Shown here piece after piece: positions 19,625-29,043 of a DNA stretch of 64,000 bases; the stretch's first letter is position 1, and each line of letters begins with the position of its first letter. The stretch covers positions 39,730 to 103,729 of the forward strand of contig CAYOEM010000005.1 in assembly GCA_964402975.1 (NCBI GenBank), given 5' to 3'. Both the position numbers and the translations under genes were made by a program. Under the pieces are notes generated by a model. The model saw only the letters and a list, made by a program, of their open reading frames with translations. It had not been told where the DNA came from and searched no databases. Origin of the DNA: an uncultured Polynucleobacter sp. GTDB lineage: Bacteria > Bdellovibrionota_B > Oligoflexia > Oligoflexales > RGVZ01.

Positions 19625-21007
19625 TTATTTTTTACTGCCATTTTCGAGAAGTACGACATACTCATCATCACGCAGAACTTTGACACCCGGGCGACTTCGC
19701 CACTCGTCTTCAATGAGCTTCATTTCACCGGAACTTATAGGCCACGTGTTGCGATACTCGCCCTTCTCAACAACGAAAAATCGAAAATCATAGGCCTTCG
19801 TCGCACCGATTTGAGCTATACCAGGTAAATCCACTAAATGAGGGACAATGTTACCGCCCGCAAGAACGCCCGTTGCACCAACGCCGGAGAGGTAACTCAC
19901 GACATCATTTAAGGCCGCAATACGCCCCTGAGAAGCCGGACAATGCCTTTTAAATGGCTTATCCCTGAACACCCTACTGCCAAGCTCAAAAAACGGTGCG
20001 GATGTACCAATCAGGAATGCACAAAATAAAATGACTCGAAGTCGACGCGATGTAAAAACGTAATCATCAACACCAAGCAGCATGAACGCCGCCAACACCG
20101 CAAGCGGCGCAGCCCTGTGGTTACCCCAATAACCGCCAATAACTCGTATCGCAATGAGCAATAAAGCGACGCCCAAGCAAATCACCAGCCAGGAGTCACT
20201 TTTAATGGATTTAAATCCAACCCTCTTACTGGCGCGCAACAACAATGTCGGCATGAAAACCCAAAATAATAATTCAGCCATCGAAAATAGCCATGTACTG
20301 GCACCAATCACATTTACACCATTTGCCGCCATCATAGCCGACGTGTAGTAATCCGATTTTCCTAACAAAATTGGCCGCAAAAAAAACACCGAGCAAAACC
20401 ACGCACCACTAATCACCAAAATACTGAAACCAATTCGTTTGCGATTTTGAATGATCAAAGCCGCCCCCAAAAACATGCCAACAACCGGGAACTCCTCCTT
20501 GCACGCCAGAAGGAGCAGTAGCATGACGAACGCTAAACGATCTCTTCCCGCGTATAGAAACGCCAGCGTCCACGCCAGCGGCGCTAACGCCCAAGTCCCG
20601 GGATGGGACGGGTAAAATGCGGCCATCAATGTCATTGGACTAAAAAGAATTACAAAAAAAACTACTGACATCTGGAACTTTGAAATAAGGCGATTCAACC
20701 AGAGCCAAATTGGCGCACAGGATGCTAGGACAATCGAAGCCATTTCAATTCTGATGGCAAGCAAACTTGGCTCAACGAATGTCGTGAAGGGGGAAAATAA
20801 AAAAAGGATAGGATCAAAGTGATCGTTAAAAATCCTGATATCTCTGGTGGAAAGAAACGGATTTAGATTTCCAGCAGAAACCAGCGTTAGCGCCTGGCCG
20901 TAGATACCTAGATCATAATTGTTGAAACAAAACGCGGCGTGAGCATATTCCACGGGAATCCAGATCAACAACACGAAAACTGTCCAGCCGGCGATGATGT
21001 ATGCCAT
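19625..21007 (-). CDS. DUF2079-family polytopic membrane protein (GT-C-like)
   Basis: YDLGIY.QAL, DHFDPILF, HP and CKEE motifs; many TM segments. Confidence 0.7.
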   Translation of the reverse strand: MAYIIAGWTVFVLLIWIPVEYAHAAFCFNNYDLGIYGQALTLVSAGNLNPFLSTRDIRIFNDHFDPILFLFSPFTTFVEPSLLAIRIEMASIVLASCAPIWLWLNRLISKFQMSVVFFVILFSPMTLMAAFYPSHPGTWALAPLAWTLAFLYAGRDRLAFVMLLLLLACKEEFPVVGMFLGAALIIQNRKRIGFSILVISGAWFCSVFFLRPILLGKSDYYTSAMMAANGVNVIGASTWLFSMAELLFWVFMPTLLLRASKRVGFKSIKSDSWLVICLGVALLLIAIRVIGGYWGNHRAAPLAVLAAFMLLGVDDYVFTSRRLRVILFCAFLIGTSAPFFELGSRVFRDKPFKRHCPASQGRIAALNDVVSYLSGVGATGVLAGGNIVPHLVDLPGIAQIGATKAYDFRFFVVEKGEYRNTWPISSGEMKLIEDEWRSRPGVKVLRDDEYVVLLENGSKK

Positions 21008-21012
21008 GGACT

Positions 21013-21903
21013 TCACTCTGGCTGAAGCGGCAGTCGACTGCGTCGATACGTGTTGATGAGGTATAAAATGATACCTATCCAAAGAACCACAAAAGCCCAA
21101 ATTTGCTGATCCGTTACGATCTCTTTAAAGACGAGTACGGCAATAATCAATTTACCAGTTGGCGAAATATAATTAATCATTCCCAGTGAGGTTAAAGTCA
21201 GCCCGCGCACGCCGTGCGCAAACCACAACAGGGGTAAAGCCGTTAATCCGCCACCGACAACCAGCAGCCAGCCATGTCTTTGCCAAGCTTCTGACAGCGC
21301 CGGATCGTGGGTTGATGTGAGAAGATAAAGTACGGCGGCGCCGAATAAAAACCCAGCTTCTGTAGTCAACGCACTCATCGGCGGTGCTTTAACCACTTTT
21401 CGCACCAAACTATATCCACTAAATGTTACGGCCAGTCCAATCGCTAAAATGGGCACTTTACCCACCGTAACACCATACATGACAGATCCGATGACCACGG
21501 TGAGCACCCCGAGCCATTGACCGATAGTCAGTTTCTCTCTTAGGAAAATCACGCCCATAGCAGCACTGATGAGTGGCGCCATGAAATAACCGACACTCAT
21601 TTCCACGACCTGGTGCCGCTCGACCCCAAGGATATACAACCACCAGTTTGAGCCGATCAAAAACGCAGACACCATCAACCAGGGCCATCTCCCGCGGTCA
21701 AAGGCGACTATACTGGCGGATTGCCTCTGGGGAACTAATGAAAGAATCACCAGAAACGGTAGACTCCATAAACATCGATGAAGGAACACTATGAATGCAG
21801 GTGTGCCTTCAAAAAGCCGCCAAAAGAGCGGCATCATACCCCAGGCCACATAGGCCGCTACCGCAGCCGTCCACGCTGACGCTTTATATCGTTCATGAGT
21901 CAC
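21013..21903 (-). CDS. rarD: EamA-family transporter RarD
   Basis: AYVAWG.MPLFW, HRCLWS, NWWLYI, SVGYFMAPL, FSGYSLVRK, YISPT. Confidence 0.92.
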   Translation of the reverse strand: MTHERYKASAWTAAVAAYVAWGMMPLFWRLFEGTPAFIVFLHRCLWSLPFLVILSLVPQRQSASIVAFDRGRWPWLMVSAFLIGSNWWLYILGVERHQVVEMSVGYFMAPLISAAMGVIFLREKLTIGQWLGVLTVVIGSVMYGVTVGKVPILAIGLAVTFSGYSLVRKVVKAPPMSALTTEAGFLFGAAVLYLLTSTHDPALSEAWQRHGWLLVVGGGLTALPLLWFAHGVRGLTLTSLGMINYISPTGKLIIAVLVFKEIVTDQQIWAFVVLWIGIILYLINTYRRSRLPLQPE

Positions 21904-21936
21904 TCAGAAAAACCCCTGTCGTACCGCTGCGTGGCA

Positions 21937-23271
21937 TCAAAGTTCATCTGAGTTGGAAGTACCCACAAGATGGTCTTCTCCTGAACCACTTGTGGTTGAC
22001 GGAAGCTCCTGCACTAATCGCAGTTTTGACTGGATAGTTCTGGATTTCCTTGAAGCATCCTCAATACGCATGGACGCTTCTCCCAACTTTTTTTGTACAC
22101 CTTCAAGTATATCACCAAACTTTCCAAACTCGGACTTTACAACCCCGAGGATTTTCCATACTTCCCCGGACCGCTTTTGAATAGCCATTGTCCTGAAACC
22201 CATTTGGAGGCTACTCAACAGCGCAGACAGCGTCGTAGGCCCCGAAATTGTAATGCGAAATTCATTTTGCATCTTTTCCATGAGTCCAGGGGTTCGTAAA
22301 ACCTCTGCGTAAAGTCCCTCGGTCGGTAAAAACATAACGGCAAAATCAGTTGTACGCGGAGGATGAATATATTTATCCCGAATGCTTTTGGCAGCAACTC
22401 GGACAGCTGATTCCAACTCGCGACGCGCCGTCTGAACAACGTCGGTGGCCCCAGCCTCTTGTGCATCAAGAAGCCTCTGATATGCCTCCTGCGGAAACTT
22501 ACTATCGATAGGAAGAAATACCACGTCGCCACCCTCCTCACGTCCGGGAAGCTTCACGGCAAACTCGACCATATCGGCATTACCACCTAGTTTTACATTC
22601 GACTCATACTGATCGGGTGTGAGCGTTTGCTCCAGTAACATCGCCAACTGAACCTCACCCCAAGTGCCGCGGGATTTCACGTTAGTCAGGACTCTCTTAA
22701 GATCGCCCACCCCATTTGCCAGGCTCTGCATCTCACCGAGTCCTCTTTGCACTTGTTCCAATCGCTCACCGACCATTTTGAAAGACTCGCCTAAGCGTCG
22801 CTCGAGGGTTCCTTCCAGCTTCTCTTCAACCGTTTTACGCATCATCTCCAGTCTGTCGCCACTTTGCTTTTCAATGTGAAGAAGGCGCTCGTCAACCGTA
22901 CGCTGCAGATCTCGCATACGCACATCATGATTTTCGGCTGTTGATGTCCACTGCTTAGAAATAACGTCAAGCTGCTTAAGCTGATTTTCCGAATTCTTGA
23001 GTACCTGCCCGGTAATTAATTCATGACCGACCCTCATAGCCGATGAAATCTCATCCCTAAGATTTTTACCCAATACCGTTAGCTCTTGCCTAACGCGTGA
23101 AAACTCGTCAACAAGCAGCCTGTTATTTGCAGCGTTGAACTCACCCAAGCTCTTTAAAAGTGTCTCGGACTTCGTGGCTTCTGATACAAGAGTTAGCTTG
23201 CGAAGGACCAAAAGACAGAGCACAAACACCGCGGTCACCATGATCAGCATGAGTAACTCTAGTTGACCCAT
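21937..23271 (-). CDS. rmuC: DNA recombination protein RmuC
   Basis: N-terminal TM and coiled coil; LTNVKSRGTWGEVQL, PIDSKFP, FAVMFLPTEGLYAE. Confidence 0.95.
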   Translation of the reverse strand: MGQLELLMLIMVTAVFVLCLLVLRKLTLVSEATKSETLLKSLGEFNAANNRLLVDEFSRVRQELTVLGKNLRDEISSAMRVGHELITGQVLKNSENQLKQLDVISKQWTSTAENHDVRMRDLQRTVDERLLHIEKQSGDRLEMMRKTVEEKLEGTLERRLGESFKMVGERLEQVQRGLGEMQSLANGVGDLKRVLTNVKSRGTWGEVQLAMLLEQTLTPDQYESNVKLGGNADMVEFAVKLPGREEGGDVVFLPIDSKFPQEAYQRLLDAQEAGATDVVQTARRELESAVRVAAKSIRDKYIHPPRTTDFAVMFLPTEGLYAEVLRTPGLMEKMQNEFRITISGPTTLSALLSSLQMGFRTMAIQKRSGEVWKILGVVKSEFGKFGDILEGVQKKLGEASMRIEDASRKSRTIQSKLRLVQELPSTTSGSGEDHLVGTSNSDEL

Positions 23272-23634
23272 AAAACTCAACCCTCCGCTAGCGGCACTAA
23301 TTCTTCGGGCATTCTTCGAGGTGACATCTAAGACGACGGTTGTAACAGACGTGAGGAGTCTCGGGCAACATAAGGACGACAAAAGCGATCTGGGAGGCCT
23401 CGTTTAGCGTGTCGAGGCTCCAAAAAAAGACTTTTTAGTCCCACGGATCAAGCTCAATGCTCTATCAATGGACCACTCTTGGGGATCTGACAGCAGGCGA
23501 ACACACTCTCTGGCCATCTAACCAGCTAAAATCGTTGAATATTTTTTTTGAGACCTGTTATGGACATGTGGCTATTTTTTTTGTTAAGAGTCTGCGATGG
23601 ATTCTTGAACTACTAGCCGGAAATTGCTGATGAA

Positions 23635-24933
23635 ATGATGGAAACACCTGATTTAAACGCACCGCCGGAAGCGAGCGCCGTTACCGGCGCAAAACAAAAA
23701 CCCGCAACTGCGCCCAGTGACAAACACCCAACCGAGCAGGATTCATCTCGGTTGCCTGGTTTTTACGAGCTACCGGTTGGCGAAAGGCTTCAAACGGTCG
23801 CGAAAGTCGCTAACCTCTCAGAATCCGAAAAGTTCAGCATGGGACAATTCGGCTCCCTCAATGGTGAGCTGACGGACGTCTTTATTGAAAACGCGATTGG
23901 GACTTTCTCATTGCCGCTCGGTATTGCGACCAATTTTTTGATAAATGGCGAAGACGTTTTGGTGCCCATGGCCGTGGAAGAATCTAGCGTGCTAGCTGCT
24001 GCCAGTCATGGAGCAAAACTAGCTCGTGTAGGTGGAGGTTTTAAGACCTCGGCCACGCCACCCGTAATGACTGGTCAGATCCAGATTTTCCTCAAAAAAG
24101 AGTGCGCATACGACGAACTTCTTCAGTCAAGAAAAGCTGATTTATTGGGCCTTGCCAACCGCGGCCAGGACAGCCTCCTCGCAAGGGGCGGGGGCGCTAT
24201 AGATTTGGACTGGCATTATATAAAAGAAATGCACAGTTTGGTTTTGCATCTTTACATTGACACTCGCGAAGCCATGGGCGCTAACATCGTCAACACGATG
24301 TGCGAGCGCGTTTCAACCTTACTACCGAACATCCTACCCTGCGAACTTGGTTTACGCATTCTGACCAATTTAACCGACAGACGCCGCGCTCGCGCCGAAT
24401 GTCTGATCCCAGCTTCAGCTTTCAACTCACCGGAGTTCAACGGCCAAGACGTCGTGGATCGGATCGAGAAGGCCTACTTATTTGGCTTTTATGACAGATA
24501 CCGCGCCGCTACCAATAACAAGGGCATCATGAACGGGATCGACCCCGTCCTGATAGCCACAGGCAATGATTGGCGCGCCGCTGAAGCGGGAGCTCACGCT
24601 TGGGCCGCACGGGAGGGCACTTACCGGCCACTCGCAGTTTGGAAAAAGACGTTGCACGGGGACTTACATGGCAGCCTTGAGTTACCAATGGCGGTCGGCG
24701 TCGTGGGGGGCGTCACAAAACTGCATCCCACTGCCCAGGCCAGCTTGAAGATCATGGGAAATCCTGATGCCAGTCGCTTGGCTCAGATAGTCGTTGCGAC
24801 CGGACTTGCGCAGAATTTGTCTGCTTTGCGAGCACTAGCGTCCGAAGGCATTCAGCGAGGCCACATGGGCCTTCACCAGAAAAATCTTGATTTACTCCAT
24901 CAGCGCATCCAGCCAAGCAGTACCCGAAACTAA
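23635..24933 (+). CDS. mvaA: HMG-CoA reductase, class II
   Basis: IENAIG, PMAVEESSVLAA, EAMGANIVN, NNKGIMNGID, GLAQN, IQRGHM. Confidence 0.95.
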   Translation: MMETPDLNAPPEASAVTGAKQKPATAPSDKHPTEQDSSRLPGFYELPVGERLQTVAKVANLSESEKFSMGQFGSLNGELTDVFIENAIGTFSLPLGIATNFLINGEDVLVPMAVEESSVLAAASHGAKLARVGGGFKTSATPPVMTGQIQIFLKKECAYDELLQSRKADLLGLANRGQDSLLARGGGAIDLDWHYIKEMHSLVLHLYIDTREAMGANIVNTMCERVSTLLPNILPCELGLRILTNLTDRRRARAECLIPASAFNSPEFNGQDVVDRIEKAYLFGFYDRYRAATNNKGIMNGIDPVLIATGNDWRAAEAGAHAWAAREGTYRPLAVWKKTLHGDLHGSLELPMAVGVVGGVTKLHPTAQASLKIMGNPDASRLAQIVVATGLAQNLSALRALASEGIQRGHMGLHQKNLDLLHQRIQPSSTRN

Positions 24934-24955
24934 TTCCCTAACGGAGAGCGCTCTA

Positions 24956-26062
24956 GTGAAGACTATACAGGTTTACATCCCAGGAAAAGTCATGCTGGCT
25001 GGGGAGTATTCGGTCTTACGCGGAGGCCACGCCTTAGCTGCGACGCTCGACTATGGGATGACGGTGAACGTAACTTGGGACCCCAGGGCTGCGTTTTGGG
25101 AAATCTATAGCAACCTCTGGCAAGAACCTAAAATTATTCACGACGACCACACACCACAGACTGACATCTTATGCAGAGCCGTTCAATTTGCTGCAAAAAA
25201 AACTGGTATGCATGGTGGACGTGTAACCATCGACTCCGATCTCGATCTTAGTTTTGGGGTGGGCTCTTCATCAGCACTACGGCTTGGAGTTTGTGGAGCG
25301 TTTTTTGCTCTCCAAAAATGGAACGACATCAAAGACAATGACGGCTTGCCGCGGGAAGCTTTGACATCTGCTTGGCAACTTCAATCAGAGGCCCAAGGAT
25401 TGGCGAGCGGCTATGATATAGTGACCCAATTCGTCGGTGGTCTTGTTGAGTTTAACTTTGATTATGCAGCCAACCGCTGGGAGCCGCACTGGTTTAAACA
25501 CCACGTCGACGGTCTGAGTAAAATGACTCATGTCTTTGTGGGCGGCCGCGGAGCGCCGACTACCACGACGATGCAAACGACGGGATCATGGCTTGATACG
25601 GCTGGACGCCTCGACAGGCTCTTGGATGTCTCTGAGTCATTGGTGGATTCGTTTAACGCTTACATCCACAGCCCAGATAGGGTGTCATTCCAGCGCTTGG
25701 TGTCCTCCTGCGCAGCATCTCGCGCATTATTCGCTGGCAACCCCCACTTTCCGACAGACTTGGCTCAAGCTCTGTCAGATATCGGTGGCCTTGACAGAAA
25801 TTGGAGTTGGAAGACCACAGGAGCGGGAGGAGAGGACGCTATTCTAGTAGTCGCGATGGATAAAGAACTTAAGACCATCACCAACCAACTTGCATTGTCG
25901 GGCTGGCACCCCATGGGTGCTCGCTTCTCTGACGATGGCGCAAAAATTTTAAAAATTGCGAGCGATATCAAATCACCCTCTCACACGCATGATTTTGGCG
26001 TGAAGTCTGCGTCAAAGAACCCCACTGATGGTGTCGCCACGCACTTTGAGGCAAATCATTAA
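24956..26062 (+). CDS. GHMP kinase, probable phosphomevalonate kinase
   Basis: PGKVMLAGEYSVL, GVGSSSA, ASGYDI, KTTGAGGED; position within the mevalonate operon. Confidence 0.82.
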   Translation: MKTIQVYIPGKVMLAGEYSVLRGGHALAATLDYGMTVNVTWDPRAAFWEIYSNLWQEPKIIHDDHTPQTDILCRAVQFAAKKTGMHGGRVTIDSDLDLSFGVGSSSALRLGVCGAFFALQKWNDIKDNDGLPREALTSAWQLQSEAQGLASGYDIVTQFVGGLVEFNFDYAANRWEPHWFKHHVDGLSKMTHVFVGGRGAPTTTTMQTTGSWLDTAGRLDRLLDVSESLVDSFNAYIHSPDRVSFQRLVSSCAASRALFAGNPHFPTDLAQALSDIGGLDRNWSWKTTGAGGEDAILVVAMDKELKTITNQLALSGWHPMGARFSDDGAKILKIASDIKSPSHTHDFGVKSASKNPTDGVATHFEANH

Positions 26063-27114
26063 TGCACATGGTCGAACCAAATTTTCAGTCTTTCACAGCG
26101 ATTGCCCCGAGCAACATTGCGCTTTTGAAATATTGGGGCAAAAGAGATGCCGCAACGCAGTGGCCAGCCAACGACTCCCTCTCGATGACGCTGTCCAAAT
26201 GCAAAACAATAACGACAGCAACCGCCACCAACGAGGGTCACGACACCTTCATTTTTGAAGATCAATCAATAACCTCAAAGACACATCCCGATCACAAGAT
26301 ATTCAGACATATCGAACGTGTACGCAAGGCTTGCGGAGCCTCACGACACATCACGGCGTCAAGCCGAAATACGTTTCCCAGTGACTGTGGCATTGCGAGT
26401 AGCGCAAGTGGTTTTGCCGCTCTGACACTCGCATCCGCATCGGCGTTCCTCCAGACAACAAAATGGGATGAATTATCTACAAAAGGCCTAAAGCGGGAAA
26501 CCCTGGCCCACCTGGCTAGGATGGGTAGCGGCAGTGCTGGCCGAAGCCTTTGGGGCGGCGTAGTTTTATGGACTGCGGGAACATCAGCTTCTGAGCAGCG
26601 AATCGAACAAATCTGGTCTGCCGAGCACTGGCATCTGTGTGATATTATCGTAGTACTATCCTCGGCCCCCAAATCAATGAAATCCTCTGATGCCCATCAA
26701 GCCGCATGGGCGAGCCCTTTGTATGCTCCTCGATTAGCAGCTATACCAGAACGCTTCAATCGAATTAACCGCGCCCTAGCGGATCATAATCTTGAAAATC
26801 TTGGTCAAGAAATAGAACAAGAAGCCCTCGATATGCACGCAGTGTGCATGACAGGTTCGCCGCAAGTTCAGTACCTAACGAAAGCTAGTTTAGATTTTTT
26901 GGTTTGGCTCAGGACGGAGCGCCGATTTGGTCGCCTACCAGCCTGGGCAACAATTGACGCAGGCCCGAATATTCACCTCATTTGCCTAAAGCGAGACTGC
27001 GATAGCGTCGTCAGAGCTGTACAAAACAGCGACTTCAATTGTCGCGTTATCGTTGATCACATCGGTTGTGGTCCATCTCTTACCGAAGGCTCAGGAGAAC
27101 TATTGAATGACTGA
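26062..27114 (+). CDS. mvaD: Diphosphomevalonate decarboxylase
   Basis: PSNIALLKYWGK, GIASSASGFAAL, RMGSGSAGRS, TIDAGPNIH. Confidence 0.96.
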   Translation: MHMVEPNFQSFTAIAPSNIALLKYWGKRDAATQWPANDSLSMTLSKCKTITTATATNEGHDTFIFEDQSITSKTHPDHKIFRHIERVRKACGASRHITASSRNTFPSDCGIASSASGFAALTLASASAFLQTTKWDELSTKGLKRETLAHLARMGSGSAGRSLWGGVVLWTAGTSASEQRIEQIWSAEHWHLCDIIVVLSSAPKSMKSSDAHQAAWASPLYAPRLAAIPERFNRINRALADHNLENLGQEIEQEALDMHAVCMTGSPQVQYLTKASLDFLVWLRTERRFGRLPAWATIDAGPNIHLICLKRDCDSVVRAVQNSDFNCRVIVDHIGCGPSLTEGSGELLND

Positions 27115-28138
27115 CTTACTTTGGCCGTCAGATGGCAACCAAACCGGCCGCTTCGACAAATCCATGAGCTTTGCTTTCACACAGAACCTCGGATTCTCTG
27201 GGGCACCTATTCGTGGCGAGGCGACCGCGAGAGCATCTGGAAAAGTGATTTTAGTGGGTGAACATGCTGTGGTCTACGGCGCACGTGCTATCGCCATTCC
27301 TTTGCTCTCACGATCCATGAAACTCCATATTTATACCGACCGAATCACCACAACCCACCCAAAAATCAAATTTCAGATTGGCTCACAACCAGTTCATCCG
27401 TCATTGATCGATATGGTCATAGAGGCATTTGACGTCTTACAAATCCCTAAATTCAATCTGTCGATCGATGGCCAAAGCACACTGATGCTTGGCGCAGGAG
27501 TCGGTAGCTCGGCTAGCCTATGCGTAGGAATTCTCCGTGGCCTTTGCCAAGTCTGTGGGATTTCCATCACACCGGCCCGCCTATCGGAATTAGCTAATCG
27601 TTTGGAACGTCGCTTTCACGGCAATCCCTCTGGACTAGACACTTCCGTCGTTGCGCTTGAGCAGGCAATTATGTTTGAGCGCGGACGTAACGCCGAGGCG
27701 ATTATCATGAATAAGCCAAAAAATTCGAATTTACCTTGGTGCTTCGTCCTAATTGATTCGGGGGTAAGATCACCAACCATAAATATGGTCAGAGCTGCCG
27801 AACCCTGGTTTCGCGAGGCGGGCCAGACGGCCATCGAAAGATTCAATACACTCACTGACATGGCTGCAAAAGCTCTTCGGGACGGAGACACCGAATTGCT
27901 TTGCACAGCTATGACCGACTGTCAGGAACTACTGGCTAAAATCGGCGTGGTCACAGAGCCACTGACAGAGATGATGAATCTGGTCAAAAGGCATGGCGCT
28001 TTAGCTGTGAAAGTCACCGGAGCTGGCGGTGGTGGCTGTGTTCTAGCCCTACTCCCGTCTCATCGCTGCGATTCAATTGTGGCCAGCCTTCGCAGCGAAC
28101 TTGGTGAAAACAGAATCCATCCAATCTTTATCCCGTAG
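27107..28138 (+). CDS. mvk: Mevalonate kinase
   Basis: GKVILVGEHAVVYG, GVGSSA, FHGNPSGLD, KVTGAGGGGC. Confidence 0.94.
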   Translation: MTDLLWPSDGNQTGRFDKSMSFAFTQNLGFSGAPIRGEATARASGKVILVGEHAVVYGARAIAIPLLSRSMKLHIYTDRITTTHPKIKFQIGSQPVHPSLIDMVIEAFDVLQIPKFNLSIDGQSTLMLGAGVGSSASLCVGILRGLCQVCGISITPARLSELANRLERRFHGNPSGLDTSVVALEQAIMFERGRNAEAIIMNKPKNSNLPWCFVLIDSGVRSPTINMVRAAEPWFREAGQTAIERFNTLTDMAAKALRDGDTELLCTAMTDCQELLAKIGVVTEPLTEMMNLVKRHGALAVKVTGAGGGGCVLALLPSHRCDSIVASLRSELGENRIHPIFIP

Positions 28139-28149
28139 GACGCGCGCTC

Positions 28150-29043
28150 ATGCATAAGTTAGAGAAAAGTAACTCGAAAACACCAATTTCGATCGCGTAC
28201 AGCCCGGACACTGACGACGCGTTTATGGTTTTAGCGTTGCGTGAAAAGCGCGTTGACTGGGGTGAATTTGAATTCTCATTCACGATCGGGGATATTCAGG
28301 AACTTAATGATGCCGCAAAGCAGGAAAAATATGACATAACGGCCATCAGCGTCAGTGCCTATCCTCATATTCAAAAAAACTATCTTCTTATGCCTATCGG
28401 AGCCAGTGTCGGAGATGGGTTCGGACCAGCTATTGTTGTGGATCCGCATCGTCACGTAGCTTTGACCGACCTTAAGAATAGCCGAATTGCAGTTCCCGGA
28501 CTGTCTACCACGGCTCACATTGCTGCCCAAACCGTTATGGGACCATTTGAACCAGTGCCCATGCATTTCATGGAGATAAAAAACGCGGTCCTAAGCGGAT
28601 CCGTTAAAGCCGGCATTCTGATTCATGAACTACAGTTAGATCCACAGTCAGAAGGACTTCATAAGTTAGCCGACTTAGGACATCTTTGGCAGGAGCAGTT
28701 CCAACGGCCACTTCCTTTGGGAGCGAACGCCATTAGACGGAGTCTTGGCACAAAAAAAATCACTGAATTATCTGAAATTTACCTGAAAAGCATCGAGTTG
28801 GGACTGCAAAATAGAAGCGCCACCATCTCATCTGCAGTTCGGACGGCCGTCGCACGTAACTCCCTTACCGATGAGAAAGGTGACAAATACATATCAATGT
28901 ACGTGAACGAGAGAAGCCTTGGATTTGACGATGATGTCTTAGATGGGATCGAACTTATTTATAAAAATGGATTTGAATTGGGCTTTTTACCGCAGACGAC
29001 GGTTCGCGATAACCTCAGTGGAACTGATAAAGGAACGTTATAA
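28150..29043 (+). CDS. mqnD: 1,4-dihydroxy-6-naphthoate synthase (MqnD/MqnA family)
   Basis: SPDTDDAFM, DIQELN, GASVGDGFGP, IAVPG..TTA, ILIHE, PLPLG, YISMYVN. Confidence 0.88.
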   Translation: MHKLEKSNSKTPISIAYSPDTDDAFMVLALREKRVDWGEFEFSFTIGDIQELNDAAKQEKYDITAISVSAYPHIQKNYLLMPIGASVGDGFGPAIVVDPHRHVALTDLKNSRIAVPGLSTTAHIAAQTVMGPFEPVPMHFMEIKNAVLSGSVKAGILIHELQLDPQSEGLHKLADLGHLWQEQFQRPLPLGANAIRRSLGTKKITELSEIYLKSIELGLQNRSATISSAVRTAVARNSLTDEKGDKYISMYVNERSLGFDDDVLDGIELIYKNGFELGFLPQTTVRDNLSGTDKGTL

